NCBI GenBank assembly: GCA_036396955.1
Contig: DASWJW010000235.1
Location: forward strand, 1-54,767
Reading direction: 5' to 3'
Source of the DNA: Planctomycetota bacterium
Lineage (GTDB): Bacteria; Planctomycetota; UBA1135
DNA: 54,767 nucleotides
Positions within the stretch are counted from its first letter, which is position 1, and every line of letters begins with the position of its first letter. The notes beneath the pieces were generated by a model. That model had not been told where the DNA came from, searched no databases, and saw nothing but the letters and a program-made list of their open reading frames with translations. A program made the position numbers and the translations under genes. Shown piece after piece: positions 42,816-52,154 of this stretch.

Positions 42816-43403
42816 CTACTCGACGCCGCTCTCGCTGCTCTCGACTGCCGCGGCCAATTCGGCGGCTTCGGCGACGCCGGCGTCCAGGAGCGCCCCCAGA
42901 TCGGCCTCCCGCGTGGGATCGAGCAATTCGGAAAGGATCGCGGTGAGGCGCACGCGACGCGCGGCGTCGAGCTGCCGTACTTCGACTGCGAAGAGGTTCT
43001 GGGTGCGGACTTTGCGCAGGACCAGGAATTCGCGCCCACGCCGTCTTTGGACGCCGGTCAAACGCAGTTTCCGGTGGCGCACCAGCAGCAGCGCGACCAG
43101 GAAGCGGAAGTCGCGGCAGGCCTCGCGCTTGTCGTTCGCCAGCGATTCCAGGGCCGCGAGCAGCATGGGAAAGTCGACGCGGACCTTCTCGCGGGACTCG
43201 CGATGCGCCGTGCGCCAGTAGAAGACGTCGGCGGCCGGATCGCGGGCGTCGAAACAAGTGGCGCAAAGGTCGCCGCGCTCCAAGGCGTCTTCGACCGTCC
43301 GCAGCAACGAGAACAGCGTCTGGCCTTCCACGAAAGCGTTCTCGCAGGCGCTGCAGTGCCCCTGGCGGCGGCGGAAACGGAGGACGGCGGCCACGGCAAC
43401 CAT
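42816..43403 (-). CDS. hypothetical protein with N-terminal CxxC...CxxC zinc-ribbon-like motif
   Basis: From MVAVAAVLRFRRRQGHCSACENAF...GDLCATCFD. No family recognised. Acidic C-terminal tail. Confidence 0.55.
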   Translation of the reverse strand: MVAVAAVLRFRRRQGHCSACENAFVEGQTLFSLLRTVEDALERGDLCATCFDARDPAADVFYWRTAHRESREKVRVDFPMLLAALESLANDKREACRDFRFLVALLLVRHRKLRLTGVQRRRGREFLVLRKVRTQNLFAVEVRQLDAARRVRLTAILSELLDPTREADLGALLDAGVAEAAELAAAVESSESGVE

Positions 43404-43494
43404 CCTAACCGTGCGCGGGGAGCGCCATCTCCCCGCCAGGGCTCCCTGCGGCACGAACTTGACGCGGCCACGACCCGGTCCGGACACTCCGCCC

Positions 43495-44634
43495 ATGCCG
43501 GTTCAGCTCGAGACCGTCCGGGGCCGCCGGGGCCGGCGTCGATTCGTCGCCCTCGCGCGCAAGTTCCGCGGCGCGTCGCCCCACTTCGTGGCCCCGCTGA
43601 CCGGCGAGATCGCCAAACAGCTGGACCCGGCACGCAATCCCGCGCTGCGCACCATGGCCCAACGGCTGTGGATCGCGCGCGACCGCGGCGGCAACGCGCG
43701 CGGGCGCATCGCCGCCAGTTTCGAGCCGGCCCATGCCGAGTGCCTGGGTGAGGCCGCCGGCTGGTTCGGCTTCTTCGACGCCGACGAGCCGAAAGTCGCC
43801 GCATTGCTGCTCGCCAGGGCGGTGGAGTGGCTGCGCGACCAAGGCGCCGTCGCGATGCTCGGCCCCGCCGACCCGGACACCAACCACGAGTGCGGCTGCC
43901 TGATCGAAGGCCACGACGAGATGCCGTACATGATGATGCCGCACCACCCGCGGCACTACGCGGACTGGTTCGAGGCCGCCGGCATGTGCAAGGCCAAGGA
44001 CCTGCTTGCCTACGAGGCTCACGCCAGCCGGTTCCCGATGGACCGCCTGCGCGCGGTCGTCGACCGCGCGCTGTCGCGCGGGCGTTTCGAGATCGTGCCG
44101 ATCACGCGCCGCCAGCTGCCGTGGCTACTCGACGTCGCCGTCGAGGTCTACAACTCGGCATGGCGCGAGAACTGGGGTTTCCTGCCGATGAGCCGCGAAG
44201 AGTTCGCGTTCGAAGCGCGCTCGATGAAACCGCTGCTCGACCCCGGCCTCGCCAAGGTCGCGACCCACGACGGGCGCCCGGCCGGATTCGTGCTCGGCCT
44301 TCCGGACGTCAACCAGGCGCTGCACGCGATCGACAGCAAGCTGTTCCCGTTCGGCATCCTGCGTCTGCCGCGGCTGCTCAAGAAGATCGACCGCATGCGC
44401 GTGCTCGCACTCGGCGTGGTCCCCGAATTCCGCAACAAGGGCCTCGAGGCCGCACTGGTCTACCAGATCAGCAAGTATTCGATCGACCACGGCATGCCGA
44501 CCAGCGAGATGTCGTGGCTGCTCGAAGACAACAAGGCGATGATCAGTCTCGCCGAGACCCTGGGCGGCCGGTTGAGCCGCCGCTTCCGGATCTACCGTCT
44601 GCCTCTCGTGCCGGCGGCGGGATCGCCGAGCTGA
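43495..44634 (+). CDS. GNAT-like N-acetyltransferase family protein (uncharacterised subfamily)
   Basis: The C-terminal half has an acetyl-CoA motif-A-like segment (LALGVVPEFRNKGLEAALV). ATG at 43495 chosen because the upstream part of the tracked ORF overlaps the divergent gene. Confidence 0.65.
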   Translation: MPVQLETVRGRRGRRRFVALARKFRGASPHFVAPLTGEIAKQLDPARNPALRTMAQRLWIARDRGGNARGRIAASFEPAHAECLGEAAGWFGFFDADEPKVAALLLARAVEWLRDQGAVAMLGPADPDTNHECGCLIEGHDEMPYMMMPHHPRHYADWFEAAGMCKAKDLLAYEAHASRFPMDRLRAVVDRALSRGRFEIVPITRRQLPWLLDVAVEVYNSAWRENWGFLPMSREEFAFEARSMKPLLDPGLAKVATHDGRPAGFVLGLPDVNQALHAIDSKLFPFGILRLPRLLKKIDRMRVLALGVVPEFRNKGLEAALVYQISKYSIDHGMPTSEMSWLLEDNKAMISLAETLGGRLSRRFRIYRLPLVPAAGSPS

Positions 44635-45095
44635 GCCAGGATCTGGTAGAGCACGGTCTGCGCGCGTTCCAGGTCGTAGCCCTTCTCTTCCCACTCCGCG
44701 GCGACCGGATCGAGCGTGCGGTGTTTTTCGACGTTGACGTCGACTTCGACGCGCACGCGCACCTCCCAGCCGCCGGGGCGTTCGAGCGGCTCGTACTCGA
44801 CGACCGCGCGCGACCGCCGGCCGCGATTGGTGTAGGGCGCGAGCTCGACGTCCCAGCCCGAGCTCACGGAGCCTTCGTGGTCGTTGGTCTCGCCCGGCGG
44901 GAAGTCGCCGCGCACCAGGCCCCACTGGGCGGCGCGGACGAGGTCGCGGCGCGGCGGCCCGTCTTCGATCCGCCGGCTGACCCAGCCGCCGTCGGGGTCG
45001 CGGCCGCCCCCTAGCGCGGAACACGCGCCCAGCAGCAGCAAGGCCGCGCCGGACAGCGCCGGGAGGAACGGGCGGGCGGAGCGAGAAAGTCGCAT
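44592..45095 (-). CDS. hypothetical lipoprotein
   Basis: Signal peptide with lipobox LLLGAC. No family recognised. Its 3' end overlaps the convergent GNAT gene by 43 nt. Confidence 0.55.
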   Translation of the reverse strand: MRLSRSARPFLPALSGAALLLLGACSALGGGRDPDGGWVSRRIEDGPPRRDLVRAAQWGLVRGDFPPGETNDHEGSVSSGWDVELAPYTNRGRRSRAVVEYEPLERPGGWEVRVRVEVDVNVEKHRTLDPVAAEWEEKGYDLERAQTVLYQILAQLGDPAAGTRGRR

Positions 45096-45105
45096 CGCCA
45101 CGATT

Positions 45106-46458
45106 CTAGTTCTTCTTGGACGGGCTTCGTTCCCGCTCGCGCAGCACCAGCCGCACCGGGACCCGCTGGTAGCCGACCTTCGCCCGCACCTTGTTGGCGA
45201 TCGCGCGCAGCACTTCCTTCTCGAACAGCGGTGCGCGGTTGACGAACAAGAGGAAAGTCGGCGGCGCGACCCGCAGCTGGGTCGCGTAGTAGACGCGCGG
45301 CTTTTCGCCCCGGCCGCGGAAGCTCTGCGCCGAGAAGATCTCGACCATCGCGCGGTTGAGCTCGCCCGTGCCGACCCGCCGGCCCGATTCCGCATGCAGT
45401 TCGAGCGCGGTGCGCATCACCTTGGCGAGACCATCGCCGGTCAGGTTCGAGGCCCGCACCACCGGAGCGCCGTGCAGGTGCGGCAGCTTGTGTTCGACGA
45501 CGTCGCGGAACTCGGCGAGAGTGGCGTCGTCGAGGTCGGACTTGGTGCCCACCACGACCACCGGCTTGTGCCGGTCGTGGATGCGGCGCGCGAGTTCCTG
45601 GTCCTGGCGCGCCGCCCGGTCGGTCAAGTCGAGGAACAGCAAGGCCACGTCGCAGCGGCGGATCGCCTGGTCGCTGCGCGTGAGCGAGAAATACTCGATC
45701 GCGTTGGCGACCTTGCTGCGCCGGTGGACGCCCGCCGTGTCGACCAGGGTGATCGGCTGGCCTTCCCACTCGAAGCGCACTTCGATCGCGTCGCGGGTCG
45801 TGCCGGGGATCTCGCTCACGATCACGCGCTGCTCGCCGAGCAGCGCGTTCACGAACGACGACTTGCCGGTGTTGCGGCGGCCGAGCACGGTGATGCGCAC
45901 CGAGCCGTCGGGGACCGGCGGCACCTGGTCGGCGGGCGGCAGGTGCCGTGCCATGGCCTCGCGCAGTTCGGCCGCGCCGATGCCTTCCTTGGCGCTGATG
46001 CGGAGCGGATCGCCCAGGCCCAGCTTGCCGAACTCGGCCGCCGAAATCTGCGCGGCGCCCGATTCGCACTTGTTCGCGATCAGCAGCAGCGGACGGCCCG
46101 CGCGGCGCAGCAGCCTGGTGGCGGCTTCGTCGAGGACCGTGCAGCCGTCGATGGCGTCGACCACGAACAGCACCAGGTCCGCGTCTTCGACCCCGGTCAT
46201 CACCTGGTATTCGACGGCTTCGGCGAGGTCGACGCGGTCGACGATGCCGATGCCGCCGGTGTCCATCAAGTCGAAGTCGAGATCGGGCGACTCGATCCGC
46301 ACCGGCACCAGCATGCGGTCGCGGGTCACGCCGGCGGTCGGCTCGACGATCGCCAGGCGCGATCCGACGAGACGGTTGAAGAGCGTCGACTTGCCGACGT
46401 TCGGGCGGCCGACGATTGCCACGCGCGGCCGGCGGGCGGGAATTTCGGCGTCGTTCAT
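45106..46458 (-). CDS. der: ribosome biogenesis GTPase Der (EngA)
   Basis: Two tandem GTPase domains (GRPNVGKST...DTGG...NKCE and GRRNTGKSS...DTAG...TKSD) plus a KH-like C-terminus. Confidence 0.95.
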   Translation of the reverse strand: MNDAEIPARRPRVAIVGRPNVGKSTLFNRLVGSRLAIVEPTAGVTRDRMLVPVRIESPDLDFDLMDTGGIGIVDRVDLAEAVEYQVMTGVEDADLVLFVVDAIDGCTVLDEAATRLLRRAGRPLLLIANKCESGAAQISAAEFGKLGLGDPLRISAKEGIGAAELREAMARHLPPADQVPPVPDGSVRITVLGRRNTGKSSFVNALLGEQRVIVSEIPGTTRDAIEVRFEWEGQPITLVDTAGVHRRSKVANAIEYFSLTRSDQAIRRCDVALLFLDLTDRAARQDQELARRIHDRHKPVVVVGTKSDLDDATLAEFRDVVEHKLPHLHGAPVVRASNLTGDGLAKVMRTALELHAESGRRVGTGELNRAMVEIFSAQSFRGRGEKPRVYYATQLRVAPPTFLLFVNRAPLFEKEVLRAIANKVRAKVGYQRVPVRLVLRERERSPSKKN

Positions 46459-47225
46459 CGCGCCCCCATCAAGGGATGCACCTGCGGCAGGACCCGCAAG
46501 TCGAGCTGCCGGCGGCGCGAAGCGAGGCTCCAAGCGAGCAGCCGTCCGGCCGACGGCGCGCGCGGCCCCCCCGCCACCGGCGTGGCCGGCTGCAGGAAGC
46601 AGCGGATTCCCGGCGCGGCGGCGGCCAGCGCGTCGAGCGCGCCCGCCAGCTCGGCCTCGTCGACGTCGTCGCCGACCACGATCTTCACCCAGCCTTCGCT
46701 GCCGGCGGCGTGCAGCAAGCGCGCGCACTCCGCCGCGGCGGCCAATTCGCCGCCGGCGCGGAGGGCGCCGGCGAGTTTCCAGTCGAGCGAGACCTGTGCG
46801 CAGTACGGCAGCAGGCGCGCGAGCCGCTCCGGCCAGATTCCCGCGGTCTCGAGCATCACGGGCGCCGGCCAGCCGGGCAGCCACCCGGCGAGGAAGTCGA
46901 CTTGCTCGAGCGGTTCGCCGCCGGTCAGCGCCATGGGGATCTCGCGGGCGTCCACGCCGTGGCTCGCGGCGACGCGCGCCAGTTCGGCTTCGAGCCGGGC
47001 CGCGTCGAGCGGGTTGCGACCACGCGTCGTCGCGTCGCGGTCGTGGCGTTCGTAATGCTCGCCGCGCTGCCAGGAACGCGGCGTGTCGCAGTAGTCGCAG
47101 CGCAACGGACATCCGCCGAGCCGCAAGAAGATCTGCGAGCGGCCGACTTCTCCCGCTTCGCCTTGCAGCGAAAGAAAGATCTCATCGAGCCAGACGTCGG
47201 CGGTCGGCATGTCGGCTCGCTGCAC
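46455..47225 (-). CDS. queE: 7-carboxy-7-deazaguanine synthase (radical SAM)
   Basis: SLQGEAGEVGRSQIFLRLGGCPLRCDYCDT (CxxxCxxC cluster) and LTGGEPL. The start could be Met at 47210. ATGA overlap with der. Confidence 0.85.
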   Translation of the reverse strand: MQRADMPTADVWLDEIFLSLQGEAGEVGRSQIFLRLGGCPLRCDYCDTPRSWQRGEHYERHDRDATTRGRNPLDAARLEAELARVAASHGVDAREIPMALTGGEPLEQVDFLAGWLPGWPAPVMLETAGIWPERLARLLPYCAQVSLDWKLAGALRAGGELAAAAECARLLHAAGSEGWVKIVVGDDVDEAELAGALDALAAAAPGIRCFLQPATPVAGGPRAPSAGRLLAWSLASRRRQLDLRVLPQVHPLMGAR

Positions 47226-47280
47226 TCTCGAAACCAGCCCGGCGCGGCTGAGGCCTGAAAGCCTCCGCCGTGCGCCGCGA

Positions 47281-47538
47281 CTAGGAAGCGGCCTTGGCTC
47301 CGGCGGCCTTGGCTCCGGGGACCGCTTCCGCGACTTCGCCTTCGGCGGTCTTGGCCTTCTTCTGTTTGCGCGACAGGACCTTGAACTTGGTCCGGACCTT
47401 GGGCAGACCGAAGACGGACTCGCTGCTCTTGGACCAGCGGCCCTCCTTCTGGAGAAGCTGCAAGCGTTCGCGACGGGTCAGTACGGAGCGCTCCTGATCA
47501 AGGGCGCCCCCGACGAGCAAGGACTTGTGGATCGACAT
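47281..47538 (-). CDS. small basic protein (TIGR04137-like)
   Basis: 85 aa. MSIHKSL...RSVLTRRERLQLLQKEGRW...VFGLPKVRT resembles, from memory, the small basic protein family seen in the PVC superphylum. Lys/Ala-rich tail. Confidence 0.6.
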   Translation of the reverse strand: MSIHKSLLVGGALDQERSVLTRRERLQLLQKEGRWSKSSESVFGLPKVRTKFKVLSRKQKKAKTAEGEVAEAVPGAKAAGAKAAS

Positions 47539-47610
47539 GGCGGAATCGGGGCGGACGGTCGGTGCGGGCAGGTGACCCGCAGGCTCGGATGGAAACGCGG
47601 CTCTTCCCGG

Positions 47611-48537
47611 TCACTCGGTTGCCTGTTCGCGCGGCTTTTCCTTGATGTAGGCCGTAGCGAAAGGCGGATCCGAGTCCCTGGGCTGCGTTGGCAGGTCGAG
47701 AGCCTTGATCCGGCCGAGTAGTGTAACGAGTTCCGGGTCGTCCTTGCGCTCGCTGTCCCCGACATAGAGTTCGAGCCAGGCGGTCGGCGCCGTGGCGGCC
47801 GGGACCGCCGGATCCGGATCGCCCCACACCCGCAGCAGCTTGACATCCGCAAACCCTTCGCGGAGCAGCCGCATGCCGGTCTGCCTGGCCAGATCCGCTT
47901 TCCGATCCGGATAGGTGATCGCCAGCACGCCGAAGTGGCCGGAGCCGCGGCGCCCGGGAACCACCGCGCCCGCCCGCTCGACGGCTTCGAGGCCCCCTTC
48001 TCCCTTCGCCGTGCCGAATTGGCCCGCCAGCCAGAACACGAACGGCAGGGCGAGCAGCAGGACCAGGCCGATGGGAAGCCAGGACACCCCGGCGGGACCG
48101 CGGCCGGCGACGGCCGCGCGCGTCTTCGCGCCGAACCGGCGGGTGCGGGCCAAGCCGGCGCGGCCACGGGCGGCGAGGCTCTCGCGCAGGCGCTGGATGG
48201 CTCCACCCGCTGCACCGGACTCGCCCTGTTCGTCGTCCCGGACCGGACGCCGGTGGCGTACGGGTTTCACGGCGGCTCCCACCGGATCCTCGACAGGAAA
48301 GCGGCGCAGGATCTGGACGACGGGTTCGGCCGGGGAGTCGCTCCCAGCGGCCGATTCCAGAGCATCCGGGTCGCTCGGTCGGATGGGCTCAGCCGCCGGC
48401 TCCGGACCGTGGGGCGACGTCCGTTGCATGCCCTCCTGCCGGCGGAGGAGATCGAGCAGTTCTCCTTTACGACGCGTCATCTGCGCTTCCGGCATCAGGG
48501 TACGAGGGAGGAGTGGCGAAAACAATTCGGAGCGCAT
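47611..48537 (-). CDS. hypothetical bitopic membrane protein (disordered N-terminus, possible SPOR-like C-terminal domain)
   Basis: One TM helix (WLPIGLVLLLALPFVFWLA). The C-terminal ~110 aa are globular-looking. The start is uncertain, with alternative Met codons downstream. Confidence 0.55.
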   Translation of the reverse strand: MRSELFSPLLPRTLMPEAQMTRRKGELLDLLRRQEGMQRTSPHGPEPAAEPIRPSDPDALESAAGSDSPAEPVVQILRRFPVEDPVGAAVKPVRHRRPVRDDEQGESGAAGGAIQRLRESLAARGRAGLARTRRFGAKTRAAVAGRGPAGVSWLPIGLVLLLALPFVFWLAGQFGTAKGEGGLEAVERAGAVVPGRRGSGHFGVLAITYPDRKADLARQTGMRLLREGFADVKLLRVWGDPDPAVPAATAPTAWLELYVGDSERKDDPELVTLLGRIKALDLPTQPRDSDPPFATAYIKEKPREQATE

Positions 48538-48560
48538 GAGCGCGCGTCCAGAATGGCGTC

Positions 48561-49331
48561 ATGCCCGAGAACAAGGGGAGACCGCAGGTCGCAGCGGCCG
48601 CCGCGCGGCTCCTCGAAGAGCTCCAGCAGCTCGGCGTCGAGACGCTCGCGATGCCGCGCACCGCCGCGAAGACCGCGGTTCCCGCGCCACCGCCCCGGTC
48701 CGCGCGGCCGCCGGTGCCTGCGGCCGGGCCGGCCGGCGCCGCCGCGCTGGCCGACGTCGCCGCGCGGGTCGCCGCCTGCACCTTGTGCGAACTCTGCGAG
48801 ACCCGCACCACCACGGTGCCCGGCGAAGGTCCCGTGCCCGCGCGCTTGTTGTTCGTCGGCGAAGCCCCCGGCGCGGACGAGGACGCGAGCGGCCGGCCGT
48901 TCGTCGGCGCCGCGGGACAGCTTCTCACCCGCATCGTCGAGCAAGGCATGGGGCTGGCGCGCGAGCAGGTGTTCATCGCCAACGTGCTCAAGTGCCGCCC
49001 GCCGCGCAACCGCGATCCGCGGCCCGAAGAGAAGGCCGCCTGCACGCCCTACCTCGAAGAGCAGATCGCGATCCTTGCGCCCGACCTGATCCTCGCTCTC
49101 GGCCGTCACGCCGCCAACCACCTGCTCGGGACCAACGCCTCCCTGGGCAGCCTGCGAGGCCGCTTGCACTCGCGTCCCGGCGGCGGACCGCCCGTTCTGG
49201 TTACCTTCCACCCCGCGTACCTATTGCGGGATCCAGCGGCCAAGGGCGACTGCTGGCAGGACATCCAGATCGCCATGCAGCACCTCGGCATTCCGGTTCC
49301 CGCGCGCAGCGCGAGCGGTCGCGGGAAATGA
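48561..49331 (+). CDS. uracil-DNA glycosylase, family 4
   Basis: CxxCxLC Fe-S region (CTLCELC), catalytic GEAPGADED, and NVLKCRPP. Confidence 0.9.
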   Translation: MPENKGRPQVAAAAARLLEELQQLGVETLAMPRTAAKTAVPAPPPRSARPPVPAAGPAGAAALADVAARVAACTLCELCETRTTTVPGEGPVPARLLFVGEAPGADEDASGRPFVGAAGQLLTRIVEQGMGLAREQVFIANVLKCRPPRNRDPRPEEKAACTPYLEEQIAILAPDLILALGRHAANHLLGTNASLGSLRGRLHSRPGGGPPVLVTFHPAYLLRDPAAKGDCWQDIQIAMQHLGIPVPARSASGRGK

Positions 49332-50449
49332 GCCGCGCGCTCGGTCTGCACCGCGTCGGCGACCAGGTCGACTATGCCCTGGTCGACGCCGCGCCCGGGC
49401 GGCCGCCGGAAGTGCTGGCCGCCGGCCGCACGCGGCTCGACGAAGTGGTCGCGATGCACGCGCGCTTGTCCGGCGAGCGGCCGCTGATCTGGGGAATCGC
49501 GGAAGAACGCGAAGACCAGCCGATCCCGACCTTGCGAGCCGACTGGCCGTTGCAGCGCCCCCAGACGCGCGCCGCCATGCATCCGGCGGTCGCGGCGGCA
49601 CTCTGGGAATGGGAACTCGGCCGCATCCAGGACGAGGATCTTTTCGTCTGGCTGCGGCCCGAGCGCCTGCTCTGGTCGAGCGGCGAGCCGGGCAGCGGCA
49701 ATGCTGGCAGCGTGCCGCGGCGCGGCCCTTTGCGCCAAGCCGTGAAGGCCCTGCGCAAGGACGCGCAACGCGCTGCGGCACCGGTCGCGCTCGCCACCGA
49801 CGGCGATGCGCCGGGCGCCGCCGTGGTGGACGAAGTGTTTTCCGCCGAAGGTTTCGCCACGCGGCGCGTGCGCGGCAGTCCCGGTGAGCGCGGCGTCGAC
49901 CGCGCCGCGGCGGGCGCCGCGCTCGGCGCGCTGGACCCGACGCGGCCCGGGGTGTTCTCACCGCGCCGCGAGCGCAAGCGCGAGCCGCTGCACTGGAAGG
50001 CTTCGGTGATCGCCGCGACCGCGGTGGGCGCGGCCGCATGGCTCGACCACACCCAGGCCGCGCAGCTCGAAGCGCTGCGCCGCGTCAGCCAGACCGGGCC
50101 CCCGCAAGCCGAACGCGCGGTGCTCGCGCCGCAGGTTCCCGGCAACCTGCGGCGCGTCCTCGACCGCCAGGCCGCGTTGCGCCACGGACTCGCCGCAGTG
50201 CTCGCCGCGGTCCCGCCCGGGCGGCTCGAGGAACTCGAACTCCTGACCGGTCCGGGAAGTTCGCGGGTGCAAGCGCGCCTGCGCCTGCTGCCGGGCGGGA
50301 CCTTGGAAGACGATTCCCGGTGGCTCCGCGACAGCGGCGCCCAAGAACTCGACTTGCGCGGCTTCGCCGACGGTTCGGTGGTGGCTCGCGCCGAGTTCGA
50401 ACCCGCCGCTTCCGGGTCCGGCAACGCCGGCGACGTGGAGCCGCGATGA
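49328..50449 (+). CDS. hypothetical bitopic protein with GspL / fused PilM-PilN-like architecture
   Basis: ATGA overlap with the UDG gene. About 215-aa cytoplasmic domain, one TM helix (WKASVIAATAVGAAAWL), then a coiled coil plus a ~130-aa periplasmic domain. The call rests on topology and context only. Confidence 0.55.
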   Translation: MSRALGLHRVGDQVDYALVDAAPGRPPEVLAAGRTRLDEVVAMHARLSGERPLIWGIAEEREDQPIPTLRADWPLQRPQTRAAMHPAVAAALWEWELGRIQDEDLFVWLRPERLLWSSGEPGSGNAGSVPRRGPLRQAVKALRKDAQRAAAPVALATDGDAPGAAVVDEVFSAEGFATRRVRGSPGERGVDRAAAGAALGALDPTRPGVFSPRRERKREPLHWKASVIAATAVGAAAWLDHTQAAQLEALRRVSQTGPPQAERAVLAPQVPGNLRRVLDRQAALRHGLAAVLAAVPPGRLEELELLTGPGSSRVQARLRLLPGGTLEDDSRWLRDSGAQELDLRGFADGSVVARAEFEPAASGSGNAGDVEPR

Positions 50450-51054
50450 GGTTCCTGCTCCCGCTTCTGCTCCTGGCGGCCAGCGGCCTGCTCGGCCAGC
50501 GCTGGCTCGACCGGCGACATGAGTGGCGTGCGCTGCAGAATGCCGCGACGGTCGCTGCGGCGCCCGGTGCAGTGGTGGCGGCGGCACCGGCCTGGCTCAG
50601 CGAGGAGTTCGGGCGCCTGCCCGCGGCTCCCGATCTGGAAGCCCTCCGCACTTCGCTCCAGGGCTGGGGTCCTCCGGACGCCTTGGAAGGATGGGAACAT
50701 CTCGCCGGCACCGGCGGCGCGGCCGCCGCGCTGGAGTTGGCGCGCTGGCTCGAATTGCAGCCGAGCGCGGGGCGGGCCGAGGCCTTGGCGATCCGCCCGG
50801 GCGTGGCAGACGGCGCTACCGACTTGCGGGTCGACGTGGCCGGACCGGCGCGCGCCATCCTGCCGTGGGTCGCCCACTTGATCGGCGGCGGACCGACGGC
50901 CGGTTACTGGACCGACCCGCGACGCGTGCACCTGTCCTGGGACGGCAGCGCCGGTCTGCGGGCCGTGGTCGTACTGCGGGTCGAGGCGCTGGAGAACCTG
51001 GTGCCAGCGGTCGCGCCCGCGCCGGATGCCGGCGCGCCGGGAGGCGGGTCTTGA
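50446..51054 (+). CDS. hypothetical bitopic protein (PilO/GspM-like position and topology)
   Basis: ATGA overlap with the upstream gene. N-terminal TM helix (RFLLPLLLLAASGLLG) followed by a ~170-aa periplasmic domain. Confidence 0.5.
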   Translation: MRFLLPLLLLAASGLLGQRWLDRRHEWRALQNAATVAAAPGAVVAAAPAWLSEEFGRLPAAPDLEALRTSLQGWGPPDALEGWEHLAGTGGAAAALELARWLELQPSAGRAEALAIRPGVADGATDLRVDVAGPARAILPWVAHLIGGGPTAGYWTDPRRVHLSWDGSAGLRAVVVLRVEALENLVPAVAPAPDAGAPGGGS

Positions 51055-52001
51055 GCCGTGCGTGGATGGCCTTGGCCGTCGCGGCGGCAGCCACTGCGCT
51101 GGGGCTCGAACTCTTCCTTCCCGTGCCGCCACGCCCCGAGGCCCCGGCGGCCGTCGCCGCGGCCGACGAAGCCGGGTCTCCGCTCGACCCTTCCGCAGCC
51201 CCCGGAGCCGGGCGGTCCGAGTTCCGCGCGGCGCGGGAAGCCGCGTTCCAGCGCCTCGCGCTCGGCGACGCCGCCAGCGCCGCGTTTCCCGCGGCTGCGC
51301 CGCCGGCGGAAGCGGACGCGGACAGCACCAGCCTTCTGCCGGAACTCCGCGCTCCCCGTACCTTGCGCGCCGGGATCCAAGAAGGCGGCATCCGCTTGTC
51401 CTGGCAGCCGAGCACCGACAACCCCGTCGAAGGCCTCCGGTACTCGATCACCCGCTGGGCCGGAGCGGGAGAGGCCGAGGAAGTCGCCGTGGTCGACGGC
51501 CTCGAACACCTGGACCGGGTCGAGTGCGAAGGACTCACCTACTACTACCGGGTCCGCGCGCTGCTCGAACGCGAGGTGCGCGGAGGCCGGCTGGCCCGGC
51601 GCGAGTCGCCGTCGGTCGCCGCGAGCGCGGAATTGCCGCGTCGCGCCGTCTGGACGCTGGCCCGGCAGCGCCCGGACGGCAGCCTCGACCTGTTCCTGGA
51701 GCGCCCGGGGCGCCCCACCCTCGGGCCGCTGCGCGCCGTGGCGGGCCTGGAGATCGGCTCCACCGGCTGGTATCTGGAGGCCGCCACCGTGGGGCCGACC
51801 TCGGTCCGGGCCGAGACCCGGATTCCTCGCTTTGACGCCTTGGGGCGCAGGGTCATAATCGACGGCCGCCCTGCGGACCGGATCCGCGTGGGCACCGTCA
51901 AGCGACTGCTCGCAACCCTTCGACTGTCCGATCCGTGCGGGACCTCTTGGAACTTGGAGCTGCTCCTTCCAGAAGGCTCGGAAACCACGGCCGGCGACTG
52001 A
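51051..52001 (+). CDS. hypothetical membrane-anchored protein with fibronectin type III-like domain
   Basis: TTG start overlaps the upstream stop (TTGA). TM helix (MALAVAAAATALGLELFL). FN3-like segment IRLSWQPSTDNPVEGLRYSITRW...YYYRVRAL. Confidence 0.55.
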   Translation: MSRAWMALAVAAAATALGLELFLPVPPRPEAPAAVAAADEAGSPLDPSAAPGAGRSEFRAAREAAFQRLALGDAASAAFPAAAPPAEADADSTSLLPELRAPRTLRAGIQEGGIRLSWQPSTDNPVEGLRYSITRWAGAGEAEEVAVVDGLEHLDRVECEGLTYYYRVRALLEREVRGGRLARRESPSVAASAELPRRAVWTLARQRPDGSLDLFLERPGRPTLGPLRAVAGLEIGSTGWYLEAATVGPTSVRAETRIPRFDALGRRVIIDGRPADRIRVGTVKRLLATLRLSDPCGTSWNLELLLPEGSETTAGD

Positions 52002-52154
52002 CCTAGACCCCCCCCTGCCCGCAAGCTACGGGCAGTCCCCCAGTTCTCTTCGGCGCCTCCTGGCACTTTCTTGTGTTCCAGGAGTCTCGGAGCGTCCCGG
52101 CCTCAAGGGCCCGACGATCGAACCGGGAGCCGTTTGTCCCACGAACCGACGCCG

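Noticed and set aside
47226-47280. Imperfect hairpin GGCTGAGGC-ctgaaa-GCCTCCGCC downstream of the small basic protein gene as a terminator or preQ1-type riboswitch for queE.
   Set aside because: Short stem with a mismatch, no U-tract on the minus strand, and no similarity to preQ1 riboswitch consensus. Too weak to call.
50394-50406. T-loop-like GTTCGAACCC sequence suggestive of a tRNA.
   Set aside because: The flanking bases cannot form a T-stem (CCGAG against CCGCC), there is no acceptor or anticodon arm, and it lies inside a CDS.
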